From Candidatus Berkelbacteria bacterium (lineage in GTDB: Bacteria > Patescibacteriota > UBA1384 > UBA12157), in assembly GCA_037127955.1 (NCBI GenBank), contig JBAXXI010000003.1:7771-71770 (forward strand): DNA of 64,000 nt, in the 5' to 3' direction. Positions 51,001-59,220 of the stretch are shown one piece after another. The notes beneath the pieces were generated by a model. It was given only the letters and a program-made list of their open reading frames with translations, was not told where the DNA came from and did no database searches. Numbering within the stretch: position 1 is the first letter of the stretch; each line of letters begins with the position of its first letter. Both the position numbers and the translations under genes were made by a program.

Positions 51001-51076
51001 GCGCCCGTAGCTCAGTGGATAGAGCGTCTGCTTGCGGAGCAGAAGGCCACAGGTTCAAGTCCTGTCGGGCGCACCA
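51001..51076 (+). tRNA. tRNA-Arg (anticodon read as GCG)
   Basis: Cloverleaf with acceptor GCGCCCG/CGGGCGC, anticodon arm TCTGC-TTGCGGA-GCAGA, T-arm ACAGG-TTCAAGT-CCTGT and an encoded CCA. Confidence 0.75.
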
Positions 51077-52761
51077 TCAGTGATTAAGAGTAGTTTTTCA
51101 TAGTTTGGAGTGAGCGTAAAGTCGGTAACAGACCAGTCAAAAACAGGTTTGCCATCAGCTCTATCGCTCTTTTTTTGTGCTTGCAAAGTGAGGTTCAAAA
51201 AGTACTTTCTGATGATTTGGTCTTTGAGCTTGATATTGCGAGTGTTTATCAGTATTTCAACCATATCTTTGAAGAGTTCAAAGTATTTTTCATATGTCGG
51301 TATGGCGTTTTTTAAGTTCTCGATTTGAGCTTGAGTTTCCTTTATCTGGCTTTCAAAATACTCAATCTCTTTTTGGATTTGGTCTAAGTCGCCGCTATTA
51401 AAATGCTTCATCATTGTCGGGTCATTTCTTCTGACAATTTCTTTCGTTCTCTCATAAGTTTTAGTTCGTTCTGTTTTTTGTTGTCTTAGTGAGCGCAAAC
51501 GGCTATCTAATGAAGTTTCAACTTGCTTTGTAGTTTCTTCCTTTTCTTTAACCATCTGTTTATACATATCCATTGAAGTAAAATCGCATTTCTTAAAGTA
51601 ATCATAGATAAACTCAAGAGCGACTTTGGACCGAAATGATTTGCCGTGAACCGAGCAAGAGGGGTTATTACACCTAAACATATAGTAGTTTGTCTTTTTG
51701 GTTTTTGCTTTATTGTATTTTGTAGTAATACCAGAAATCATATCCGAACCACATTCGGCACATTTGATAATTCCCCTTAAAAGCATTTCTTTGTTTCTGG
51801 GTACGCCGATAGGTTTCTTGCTAATAAAAGATATGCCGTTGTAACTGTAATTATTGAGCTTGCAATACTCCTGAACGGTAATCATCGGGATAAAATCATA
51901 AATTTCTGTTAAATCAACAATCTCGGTGCCGTATTGCATTACGCCAGCATAAACAGGGTCTGAAAACATCACCGTTAAGGTATTATCAACAACTTTGTAA
52001 TGCATATTTCTTTCCCTATTAGCTACTGGAGCTCGGGTATATTTATTTTCATTTAGATACTTTTCTATTGCTTTGTAGTTCTGACCTTCCAGTCGCATTT
52101 CAAAAGCTCGCTTAATAAGCAACCAATTATCGCCATCTGGTCGCAATCTTTTGTTAATATCTTTGTAGTACCCTTGTTTGGGCGTATGAATTGATAAACC
52201 CGCTTGGGTACTTCTTCTTTGACCTCTAAGAACTTGTTCTCTCAAATGGTCTGAATACTGCTTTGAAAGCACAAAAGACATTCCAAGTAGCATTTTGCCC
52301 ATCGGCGAGTTTTCAAAAGTAAAAGTGGCAAATCTCAAATCTTTAATAATGTTTTCTTCTAAAAGATAGATTATTTCGCCAGCGTCTTTCATATTTCGTG
52401 CTAATCTGTCGGGGTGCCAGGCGAGAACGGCATTATATTTTCCCCTTTGAATATCTTCGAGCATTTTCTTAAACTTTGGTCTAATACCTGGCGCTTTTGC
52501 GCTTTCTTTTTCTCGAACTATATCGACAAGATTCAAATTATTTTTGGTTACTTGCATTTCAATACAGTCGGCAATTTGGTCTTCAAGCGACCGCTCTTGC
52601 TTCTCATCACCAGAGGTGGATTTTCTGACATATAAAACAAACTTTAGTTTAGTAACATCAATTACTGGTTCTGCGTCAAGCAAAGTTTGTTTTAACGCTT
52701 CCGCCAGTTCGCCAGTAGTCGTGAGAACGCTTTCAAGAGCTTGTTCTTTTTTGTTCATCAT
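51055..52761 (-). mobile_element. large serine recombinase (integrase) of an integrated element
   Basis: Catalytic region VLYVRKSTSGDEKQERSLEDQ...IYLLEENIIKDLRFATF. Zinc-ribbon and coiled-coil C-terminal region (CAECGS...CNNPSC). The stop codon lies inside the tRNA-Arg 3' end. The ATG overlaps the upstream stop in an ATGA arrangement. Confidence 0.85.
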
Positions 52762-53798
52762 AAAGTTTTTCCAATCGAAGAACCGTGAACTCTGAAATGA
52801 CATTTACCATTTTCTTCTTTTACTGTTTCGAGCTCTAAACTGCCATATTTCCCTGTAAATTTGTTGTTTGGATTATCACAAAGAGTTTTTATTACTTGTT
52901 CCGATTTTACAGTAAGGTATTGGTAAAAAGTGAAACAGTTTGTAATCTGCTCCAATAATTCAGGGATTGAAAGCACTTGATGAAGTTCAATCAGCATTAC
53001 ACCTTTATTCGAAACAGTATAATGGTTATGCGAGAATGCATTTCTAAGTTCATTATTGTAAAACGAGCTTATAATTTTGCCGACTTCGCTTTTAGCTTCT
53101 TTTGACCTGCTTAAAATCATATTTATTTTTCGCCAGTTGGTCATTTTATCTGAAAATAATGGTTTACAGACATCTGTAATATCTTTCGCTTTAATGTAAT
53201 CGGGATTTCCGTTCTCAATGATATTTTTTATTTTCCTGATTATTACCTGATAGTCAGGTGTTTTCTTTTCAAAAACATTCAAATCAAAACTTTCACCACA
53301 ACAGACATCAAGCAACCCATAAATAAAAATGTAAAATAAATAAAACTCAAGAATATGGCAATATAAAAAAATGAAAACTTTAATTAGCAAACCATCAGCT
53401 TGAAACAAATCGGGATTTCCAAGTAAAGAGAAGAAGTCGCCGAGTGTTTTATCCAGTTCTTTTCTTATGTCGTAATCATCACTTAATTGCATTAACCCAT
53501 TAAAATACAGATTGGCAATTACAAACTCTCTTTCATCTGTTTTTTGAGCAGATTCAAAAAGCTCATCAATCGTTTTTTGATACAGCGCTTTTGTTTCTTC
53601 TTTTGGAAATCTTAATTTTACAATCTTATCTTTTTCTTCGTTCATAATAACTGGACCAGTTTTAGACCACTTTTGGTTAAGCAGACCATCTGTCGGTAGA
53701 TTGAGGTTCATCAAAAGTAAAGCCGCTGGTAGTTCTTGCAAATACTGGTTGAACATCTTCTTTGTTGATAATATCCGAAAATCTGAATAATAAATCAA
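52758..53798 (-). CDS. HEPN-motif protein, Abi-like (possible Abi_2/AbiD-AbiF-type RNase)
   Basis: R-N-x3-H motif (ELRNAFSHNHY) matches the HEPN Rx4-6H signature. The size is similar to AbiD/AbiF. The start is uncertain: the ORF overlaps the HTH gene by 120 nt, and alternative ATGs lie at 53756, 53711 and 53645. Confidence 0.5.
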   Translation of the reverse strand: MIYYSDFRILSTKKMFNQYLQELPAALLLMNLNLPTDGLLNQKWSKTGPVIMNEEKDKIVKLRFPKEETKALYQKTIDELFESAQKTDEREFVIANLYFNGLMQLSDDYDIRKELDKTLGDFFSLLGNPDLFQADGLLIKVFIFLYCHILEFYLFYIFIYGLLDVCCGESFDLNVFEKKTPDYQVIIRKIKNIIENGNPDYIKAKDITDVCKPLFSDKMTNWRKINMILSRSKEAKSEVGKIISSFYNNELRNAFSHNHYTVSNKGVMLIELHQVLSIPELLEQITNCFTFYQYLTVKSEQVIKTLCDNPNNKFTGKYGSLELETVKEENGKCHFRVHGSSIGKTL

Positions 53799-54084
53799 TT
53801 AACTTACCAGTTGGAACATCGTTTAGTTTGCGGGTTGATAATTCACCCCTAATTAGCTCTAATTGCTCGCTATAGAGCTTTATGCGGTGTTCTCGACTTA
53901 TTTTATACTGTTCTCTTATTGATTCAAGCTCAATCTGTTTAAGGTTTGTTATCTCTTCCGCTAAATCTTTCGACCAATCAATTAGGGTGGTTTTACTGAC
54001 TTCTAATTCATCTGAAATTTTAGCAAAACTTTTACCTTTTGCCCTAAGTTCTACAAATTGTTGTTTCTTAGTTAAATCTTGCAT
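53677..54084 (-). CDS. helix-turn-helix DNA-binding protein
   Basis: HTH pattern ELRAKGKSFAKISDELEVSKTTLIDWSK, then a coiled-coil-like region. Confidence 0.6.
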   Translation of the reverse strand: MQDLTKKQQFVELRAKGKSFAKISDELEVSKTTLIDWSKDLAEEITNLKQIELESIREQYKISREHRIKLYSEQLELIRGELSTRKLNDVPTGKLIDLLFRFSDIINKEDVQPVFARTTSGFTFDEPQSTDRWSA

Positions 54085-54289
54085 TTGTTTGCTCCATAAT
54101 TACAATCTAATCATACCATAAAAACCGCTCTTCTAACAGTCGCAAAAGTAGTTTTTATTAGGTTCTAAATACCAGTATTTTTGAGACCAATTGAAATTAA
54201 AGTTCAGTTATGAGAAAATGGTTTCAGTTATAGTACATTATTACCCACCTAACCCTTAGGCAACCCCTAAGGTATGGTACCAATAAAAA

Positions 54290-54398
54290 TCACACGCAAA
54301 TAAAGGTGGTCTTCTGACCTCACCATTTGCGTGTGTCCGTATTCGAAAGAGTATGGGGTATCCCCGAAAGGGGGTGCCGAGGTTCGGGAGACCTTTTT
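54290..54398 (+). ncRNA. candidate structured RNA or terminator cluster (three hairpins plus T6)
   Basis: Hairpin CACACGCAAAT...ATTTGCGTGTG with an 11-bp stem, then GGGGTATCCCC and CCGAGGTTCGG hairpins, then a TTTTTT run. It lies 58 nt upstream of the 54457 gene. Confidence 0.3.
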
Positions 54399-54456
54399 TG
54401 TATTTAATAAATAACGAATTGAAACATTTTTTAATAAATTAAGGAAAGGAGCAAAA

Positions 54457-55200
54457 ATGCCCTTTATCTATCTCTTGGTTCTGGGAACATCTATCTGGGT
54501 TTTAGTTGATGGCTACAGGTACGAAATGAATAAAAACGAAAGTCCAATACTTTGGTTTATTGGTTGTCTATTACTTTGGATTATCGCTTTCCCTTGGTAC
54601 TTAGCTAAGAGAAATCATTATAAACTAAAAGATAATTCCGAAAAGGGCAAAGATTCAAAAGGTAGTTCCAAAATAGAATTAGGAAATCCGATAAAAACTC
54701 CTAATTTTCTTGCGATTGGCTGTGGTGGTCTAATACTGCTTATTATAATTGTTTCGATGATTAACAGTGGATTACAGGGAGCTAACAAAAAAGCTCAAGA
54801 TTTGAGTAAACAAAACTCTAACAACTCAACCAATACAAATCCGACACCCTCTAATAATAGCTCGTCTGCGCCACAAGTAAGTAATATCGCTGTTAATGGA
54901 GATGAAGCATATCTAAAGCTCCCAAATATAGATGATACTGGTTCTGCCATTCTATTAGCAACTGATAAAAAATATCTTGACGAGGTAACCAAAACTTTGA
55001 TAAACAAAGATTATATGGGAATACTTGAGTTAGCAGAACAAAACAAAGCATTTGCTGTACATAATGGTAGCAAAGTTCTCGTTATTGATGGCACTATGTT
55101 TGCTCGAAGAGTAAGAATTTTGCAAGGGACACAACCAGTTGATAGTGATAAGGTGGGCTTATCTGGCTGGGTTCCAATGGAGTGGGTAGTAAAAAAATAA
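54457..55200 (+). CDS. hypothetical membrane protein with Asn/Ser-rich linker and a C-terminal globular domain
   Basis: AAGGAAAGGAG SD. 2-3 TM helices. Confidence 0.55.
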   Translation: MPFIYLLVLGTSIWVLVDGYRYEMNKNESPILWFIGCLLLWIIAFPWYLAKRNHYKLKDNSEKGKDSKGSSKIELGNPIKTPNFLAIGCGGLILLIIIVSMINSGLQGANKKAQDLSKQNSNNSTNTNPTPSNNSSSAPQVSNIAVNGDEAYLKLPNIDDTGSAILLATDKKYLDEVTKTLINKDYMGILELAEQNKAFAVHNGSKVLVIDGTMFARRVRILQGTQPVDSDKVGLSGWVPMEWVVKK

Positions 55201-55224
55201 TTACCAAAAACAATAAAACAAAAG

Positions 55225-55249
55225 AGACGCTACAAAATGCGTCTTTTTT
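55225..55249. terminator. bidirectional terminator GACGC-TACAAAAT-GCGTC + T6
   Basis: Immediately after the 55200 stop. Confidence 0.7.
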
Positions 55250-55693
55250 GTTTCTAAAAGATTACATATCACAATACATCTACCTATAGTTCAAACCAAA
55301 ACTTGTTATGATTTAATGTCTTTGGTAACTTGGGGTTTTTCACCTAATTGTATGGTTTCACCATCATCAGAAATACCGACAAAACCACGAGCTGGAGAGT
55401 CATCTTTAGGTTCTTGTCTTGCTTGCTCTAATGAATTAGAAATGTCATTATTATTATCACTCATAGATTTAATATACCACGGAAAAGTCGGATTTAACAA
55501 GGTCTTTCTCGGTTAAAAGTGTTGTCAGTTCTCTAATAAAGGTTGAAATTATCTCCCAATTTGATAAGATGTATCTGGTAAGTTCAAATACACTATGTAC
55601 TTGAGCACCATTTTTTAAATTTTCTATGGAAGGGTCGCATAAGAACATTTTCTTCGGAAAATAACCTTGTCCAACCCATTCCTCACTTTGTTC

Positions 55694-55783
55694 GGAAGGG
55701 TCGCATAGTGGTCTAGTGCAGTGGTCTTGAAAACCGCCAGGCCTGCAAGGGTCTCGTGGGTCCGAATCCCACCCCTTCCGCCA
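55694..55783 (+). tRNA. tRNA-Ser (anticodon TGA), type II with long variable arm
   Basis: Acceptor GGAAGGG/CCCTTCC, anticodon loop CTTGAAA, a variable-arm hairpin, T-arm GTGGG-TCCGAAT-CCCAC and an encoded CCA. 90 nt. Confidence 0.8.
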
Positions 55784-55807
55784 TCTTTTTTAATAATATG
55801 AATCGAT

Positions 55808-56056
55808 ATGAATAATTGGTCAGTTTATATTTTGCAATGCTCAGATAACACCTATTATACTGGTATTACGACCGATATTGAAAAGCGATTAATCGCCCAT
55901 CAAACCGGCAAAGGCGCTAAATATACTGCTGGTCGATTACCTGTTAAAATCGTGTATTTCAAAGATAATCTAACCGAAAGTCAGGCTCGCAAAGAAGAAT
56001 TTAGAATCAAAAGTTTATCAAGATCTGATAAGATAAAACTGATATTTGATAAATAA
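55808..56056 (+). CDS. GIY-YIG nuclease-domain protein (YhbQ/UPF0213-like)
   Basis: WSVYILQCSDNTYYTGITTDIEKRLIAHQTG matches the GIY-YIG core (Y..Y.G, R, H). Confidence 0.8.
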   Translation: MNNWSVYILQCSDNTYYTGITTDIEKRLIAHQTGKGAKYTAGRLPVKIVYFKDNLTESQARKEEFRIKSLSRSDKIKLIFDK

Positions 56057-56109
56057 AAATGGTTTCCAAACCATTGATAGACAACTTAACAATTTGATAT
56101 AATTAATAT

Positions 56110-56724
56110 ATGAAATTCTATTCGAATGATATAGTCAATTTGGCTAGAGAAAAAAGAATTAAAGGTAATTCTATTAGAAAAATTTCCAAAGAATTACAAA
56201 TTTCAGATACTACTATTGGCAGATGGGTAAAAGATATAAAATCAGATTCTTTATCTTATAACAAAAATAGATTAAAAAATGAAGATGAGAAGCAGAAATA
56301 TAATCATCTTTTTAAAAACTTAAAAATTACAGCAAAAAATGCAAAATTATTTTGTAGTTTACTATATTGGTGCGAAGGATCGAAATACCCTTCTAGTAAC
56401 TGTGTCACTTTTGTAAATAGCGATTTCAAGTTAGTGAAAACATTCTTTCAATTATTGAAACAAGTCTTCGAAATAGATAACAATAAAGTTAGAATACACC
56501 TGCAAATACATGCAACTCACAACTTTGAAGAAGTAAGAAAATTCTGGAGTAAGTTACTTGCTATACCAGAAGAACAGTTTTACAAACCGACTATCACCAA
56601 TCCTGCCCAAAAAATGAAAAGATTAAATTACAAGGGCACTTGTACACTAAAATACTTTGACTCAAAAATATTATTACAGATTACTGGCATATTCGAAGAA
56701 TTTTCCAATAAAAATTTATCATAA
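56110..56724 (+). CDS. HTH-domain protein with possible LAGLIDADG-like endonuclease region
   Basis: N-terminal HTH (GNSIRKISKELQISDTTIGRWVKD). LLYWCEGSKYP weakly resembles a LAGLIDADG motif. Confidence 0.45.
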   Translation: MKFYSNDIVNLAREKRIKGNSIRKISKELQISDTTIGRWVKDIKSDSLSYNKNRLKNEDEKQKYNHLFKNLKITAKNAKLFCSLLYWCEGSKYPSSNCVTFVNSDFKLVKTFFQLLKQVFEIDNNKVRIHLQIHATHNFEEVRKFWSKLLAIPEEQFYKPTITNPAQKMKRLNYKGTCTLKYFDSKILLQITGIFEEFSNKNLS

Positions 56725-56738
56725 CTAAAAACGCATTC

Positions 56739-56827
56739 GGAGAGATCGCATAGTTGGTCTAGTGCGCCTCACTGCTAACGAGGTATACCGCAAGGTATCC
56801 AGGGTTCGAATCCCTGTCTCTCCGCCA
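56739..56827 (+). tRNA. tRNA-Ser (anticodon GCT), type II
   Basis: Acceptor GGAGAGA/TCTCTCC, anticodon loop CTGCTAA, variable-arm hairpin TATACC-GCAA-GGTAT, T-arm CAGGG-TTCGAAT-CCCTG and CCA. 89 nt. Confidence 0.8.
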
Positions 56828-56830
56828 ATT

Positions 56831-56854
56831 AAAAAACGCCTTAGGCGTTTTTTG
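56831..56854 (+). terminator. terminator AAAAAACGCC-TTA-GGCGTTTTTTG
   Basis: Hairpin with a U-tract directly after the tRNA. Confidence 0.7.
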
Positions 56855-56886
56855 TTTAATTCAAGATTAACAAGAAGCTCCCTCTC

Positions 56887-56915
56887 TTGACAATCAGACA
56901 AAACTGGACTAATAT
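56887..56915 (+). promoter_or_regulatory. sigma-70-like promoter TTGACA-17-TAATAT
   Basis: It leaves a leader of about 220 nt before the 57141 gene. Confidence 0.4.
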
Positions 56916-57140
56916 CAAGTGTAATTTGAAACTTAAAAATCTAGCTCGATTTGAGAGGCCTATCTTGACCATAATTTACAACTTTTATGGTTAAAACAGG
57001 ACTCTTAAAGAGAGTACCAAGACGGTATTGTTAGCTACCGCACAAAAAAACTAACCGGATCGATACGGTTTTGGAACGGCTTGCTTGAAACAGAGTAAGA
57101 AGTTGCCAAAAAAGTCACTTGGTTCGTCAGGAGAAATCCA

Positions 57141-57953
57141 ATGTTAAAACTTCCATTTTGGAAACAGCTGTGGCTCTGGATGTTGACTCCAGTCATACCA
57201 ACAATACTGTTGGTTTACCTTCGACCACTTCCAATCGAGAAATGTCTGTTTATCGGACTCTTATTTTTTATTGGAGTCTTGTATATCTGGTTCAATGTAA
57301 CTTGTGTAGATCGATACAACATCGAAATTGCCAAGAATCGAAAAAAAGAACTCGAGGAAAACCTTGAGGTCTTTGAATCATTAACTGGTCAAAAAATCAA
57401 CATTCCAGTCCTAAAAATTAATTATATTGAACTATATAATTGGAAACAATCATATCATGAATTCCTTGAAAATATCGCATCGCATACCACCGGTCTCTTC
57501 TCGCTTATAAAGCATATCAAAGAACATGACGTAAAAAATTGGATTTTAGAGATACAGTTTGAAACTAATAATTTTAAGGATATCCATAGCGATGGACGCT
57601 TAACAATAACGAATTATTATATTTGTTATGCTGACGGTCAAATAAAAAATTGGAGACTTGAAAACAATCAATATTTGGTTGATATGGATGGAAAGAAAAT
57701 TCTACTTGAGATGAACGAAAATTACAAATTATATATTACTAAAATTCTCTATATCATTAGACATTATCGCAGTGTTAAAGAGGTGGCACTCGATTATGCT
57801 TCAAAATACGTTGTTCCTATCATTGAAAAATCAAAGCATGCCTGCGCTTCAGATGACTTGAAAAGCGCAAGAATACTAATGACCGATCCAATCAAAATTA
57901 TTGTCAATACAGACCCAGCCTATCCGAAGTTATTTAACATTATTAAATATTAA
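57141..57953 (+). CDS. hypothetical membrane-anchored protein (270 aa), AT-rich
   Basis: GGAG SD. Two N-terminal TM helices. No recognisable domain. Confidence 0.5.
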   Translation: MLKLPFWKQLWLWMLTPVIPTILLVYLRPLPIEKCLFIGLLFFIGVLYIWFNVTCVDRYNIEIAKNRKKELEENLEVFESLTGQKINIPVLKINYIELYNWKQSYHEFLENIASHTTGLFSLIKHIKEHDVKNWILEIQFETNNFKDIHSDGRLTITNYYICYADGQIKNWRLENNQYLVDMDGKKILLEMNENYKLYITKILYIIRHYRSVKEVALDYASKYVVPIIEKSKHACASDDLKSARILMTDPIKIIVNTDPAYPKLFNIIKY

Positions 57954-57969
57954 ATAAACTTCAACCTCC

Positions 57970-57997
57970 AGCCGGACTTTTCAAGTCCGGCTTTTTT
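57970..57997 (+). terminator. terminator AGCCGGACTT-TTCA-AGTCCGGCT + T6
   Basis: Perfect 10-bp stem. Confidence 0.75.
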
Positions 57998-58031
57998 ATT
58001 ATAAAAAGTCTGTCAAACAGGTCTCTACACC

Positions 58032-58060
58032 TTGACTTTTGCTTAAATTTACAGTATAAT
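58032..58060 (+). promoter_or_regulatory. sigma-70 promoter TTGACT-17-TATAAT
   Basis: Upstream of the GT2 gene. Confidence 0.5.
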
Positions 58061-58118
58061 GTTATAATTATCACAAATAAGATATTGATATTTTAAACCA
58101 GAAAGAAACTGTAAATAT

Positions 58119-58808
58119 ATGAAATTAGCTATTTTAATTCCGGCTTACAATGAAGAAACCACTCTTGGTCATGTTATCGAAACTTTGCCAAAAACTATTC
58201 CGGGTATTTCAGATATAAAAGTTATTGTTGTTAATGATGGTTCAGCCGATAAAACTAAAGAAATTGCCCAAGCTTCCGGTGCAACTGTCATATCTCACTG
58301 GTTTAACCGCGGTCTAGGCGGTGCTTTAGGTACCGGTTTTGAGTATATTCGTCGACATGATTTTGATCTCCTGATTACCTTCGACGCCGACGGTCAACAC
58401 AATCCAAACGATATCGCTCCTGTTATCAAGCCAATTATTGACGGCAAAGCCGATGTTTCAATTGGTTCTCGTTTTATTGGCAACCTTGGCTCTATGCCTT
58501 GGTATCGCCGGATTGGTATTTTTGGTTTAAATGTAATCACTTATATGTTATTTTGGACTTGGACAACTGATTCACAATCAGGTATGCGCGCCTTTGGCCG
58601 TAAAGCTATTGAAAAAATCGAAATTCAAACCAATAAAATGGAAGTCTCTTCAGAGTTTTTTTATGAAATTCAAGCTAAGAACCTAAAATTAACTGAAGTA
58701 CCAATTCAGTCAATTTACACTGACTACTCGATTGCCAAAGGTCAAAAAAACATCAATGCTTTCAATATTTTGGCTAAATTAATTTACAGAAGGTTTTTTT
58801 CTAAATAA
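58119..58808 (+). CDS. GT2-family glycosyltransferase (DPM1/GtrB-like polyprenyl-phosphate sugar transferase)
   Basis: LAILIPAYNEETTL...VIVVNDGSADKT...DADGQH. Confidence 0.85.
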   Translation: MKLAILIPAYNEETTLGHVIETLPKTIPGISDIKVIVVNDGSADKTKEIAQASGATVISHWFNRGLGGALGTGFEYIRRHDFDLLITFDADGQHNPNDIAPVIKPIIDGKADVSIGSRFIGNLGSMPWYRRIGIFGLNVITYMLFWTWTTDSQSGMRAFGRKAIEKIEIQTNKMEVSSEFFYEIQAKNLKLTEVPIQSIYTDYSIAKGQKNINAFNILAKLIYRRFFSK

Positions 58809-58817
58809 TTATTAGAA

Positions 58818-59219
58818 TTGCGAGGATTCATGGACTTATTCGACCGTTTTCTAACCTTAGTCACCCCAATTCGGGTCATTTTAAGCTTGTTCGCAGTTTT
58901 TGCCTGGACCAGAGTCGTTTTAAGGTTCAAGGATAAAGTTGCAAACGCCAAAGAATTAGGTTTTTGGAGCCTAGTTTGGCTTGGTTTTATTATTATCATC
59001 TTTATACCTTATAAAACCACTTTTGTCGCTCATCTTTTAGGTATGGAGCGCGGTTTTGACGCTATGGCTTTAATCGCTATTGTTGCCCTATTTTACGCCG
59101 TTTACAGACTCTATATTAAAATGAACGAAGCAGAACGAGAAATTACTAAACTTGTACGCCAGGTTGCTTTAAAATTAGATGTGATTAACGGCGAAAAAGA
59201 CAAAACTGATCTTAAATAA
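58818..59219 (+). CDS. small membrane protein (DUF2304-like), GT2-associated
   Basis: Three TM helices plus a C-terminal coiled coil. Its position directly after a GT2 gene is a known association for this family. Confidence 0.55.
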   Translation: MRGFMDLFDRFLTLVTPIRVILSLFAVFAWTRVVLRFKDKVANAKELGFWSLVWLGFIIIIFIPYKTTFVAHLLGMERGFDAMALIAIVALFYAVYRLYIKMNEAEREITKLVRQVALKLDVINGEKDKTDLK

Positions 59220-59220
59220 A

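Noticed and set aside
54330-54400. Possible tRNA- or tmRNA-like fragment (GAGGTTCGGGAGACC)
   Set aside because: It has a T-loop-like sequence but no acceptor or anticodon arms that pair. I treat it as a hairpin or terminator cluster only.
55306-55516. Two overlapping small ORFs on opposite strands (64 and 66 aa)
   Set aside because: Neither has a convincing SD. One starts at a TTG codon. I cannot pick a coding strand, so I treat the region as intergenic or as an uncertain small protein.
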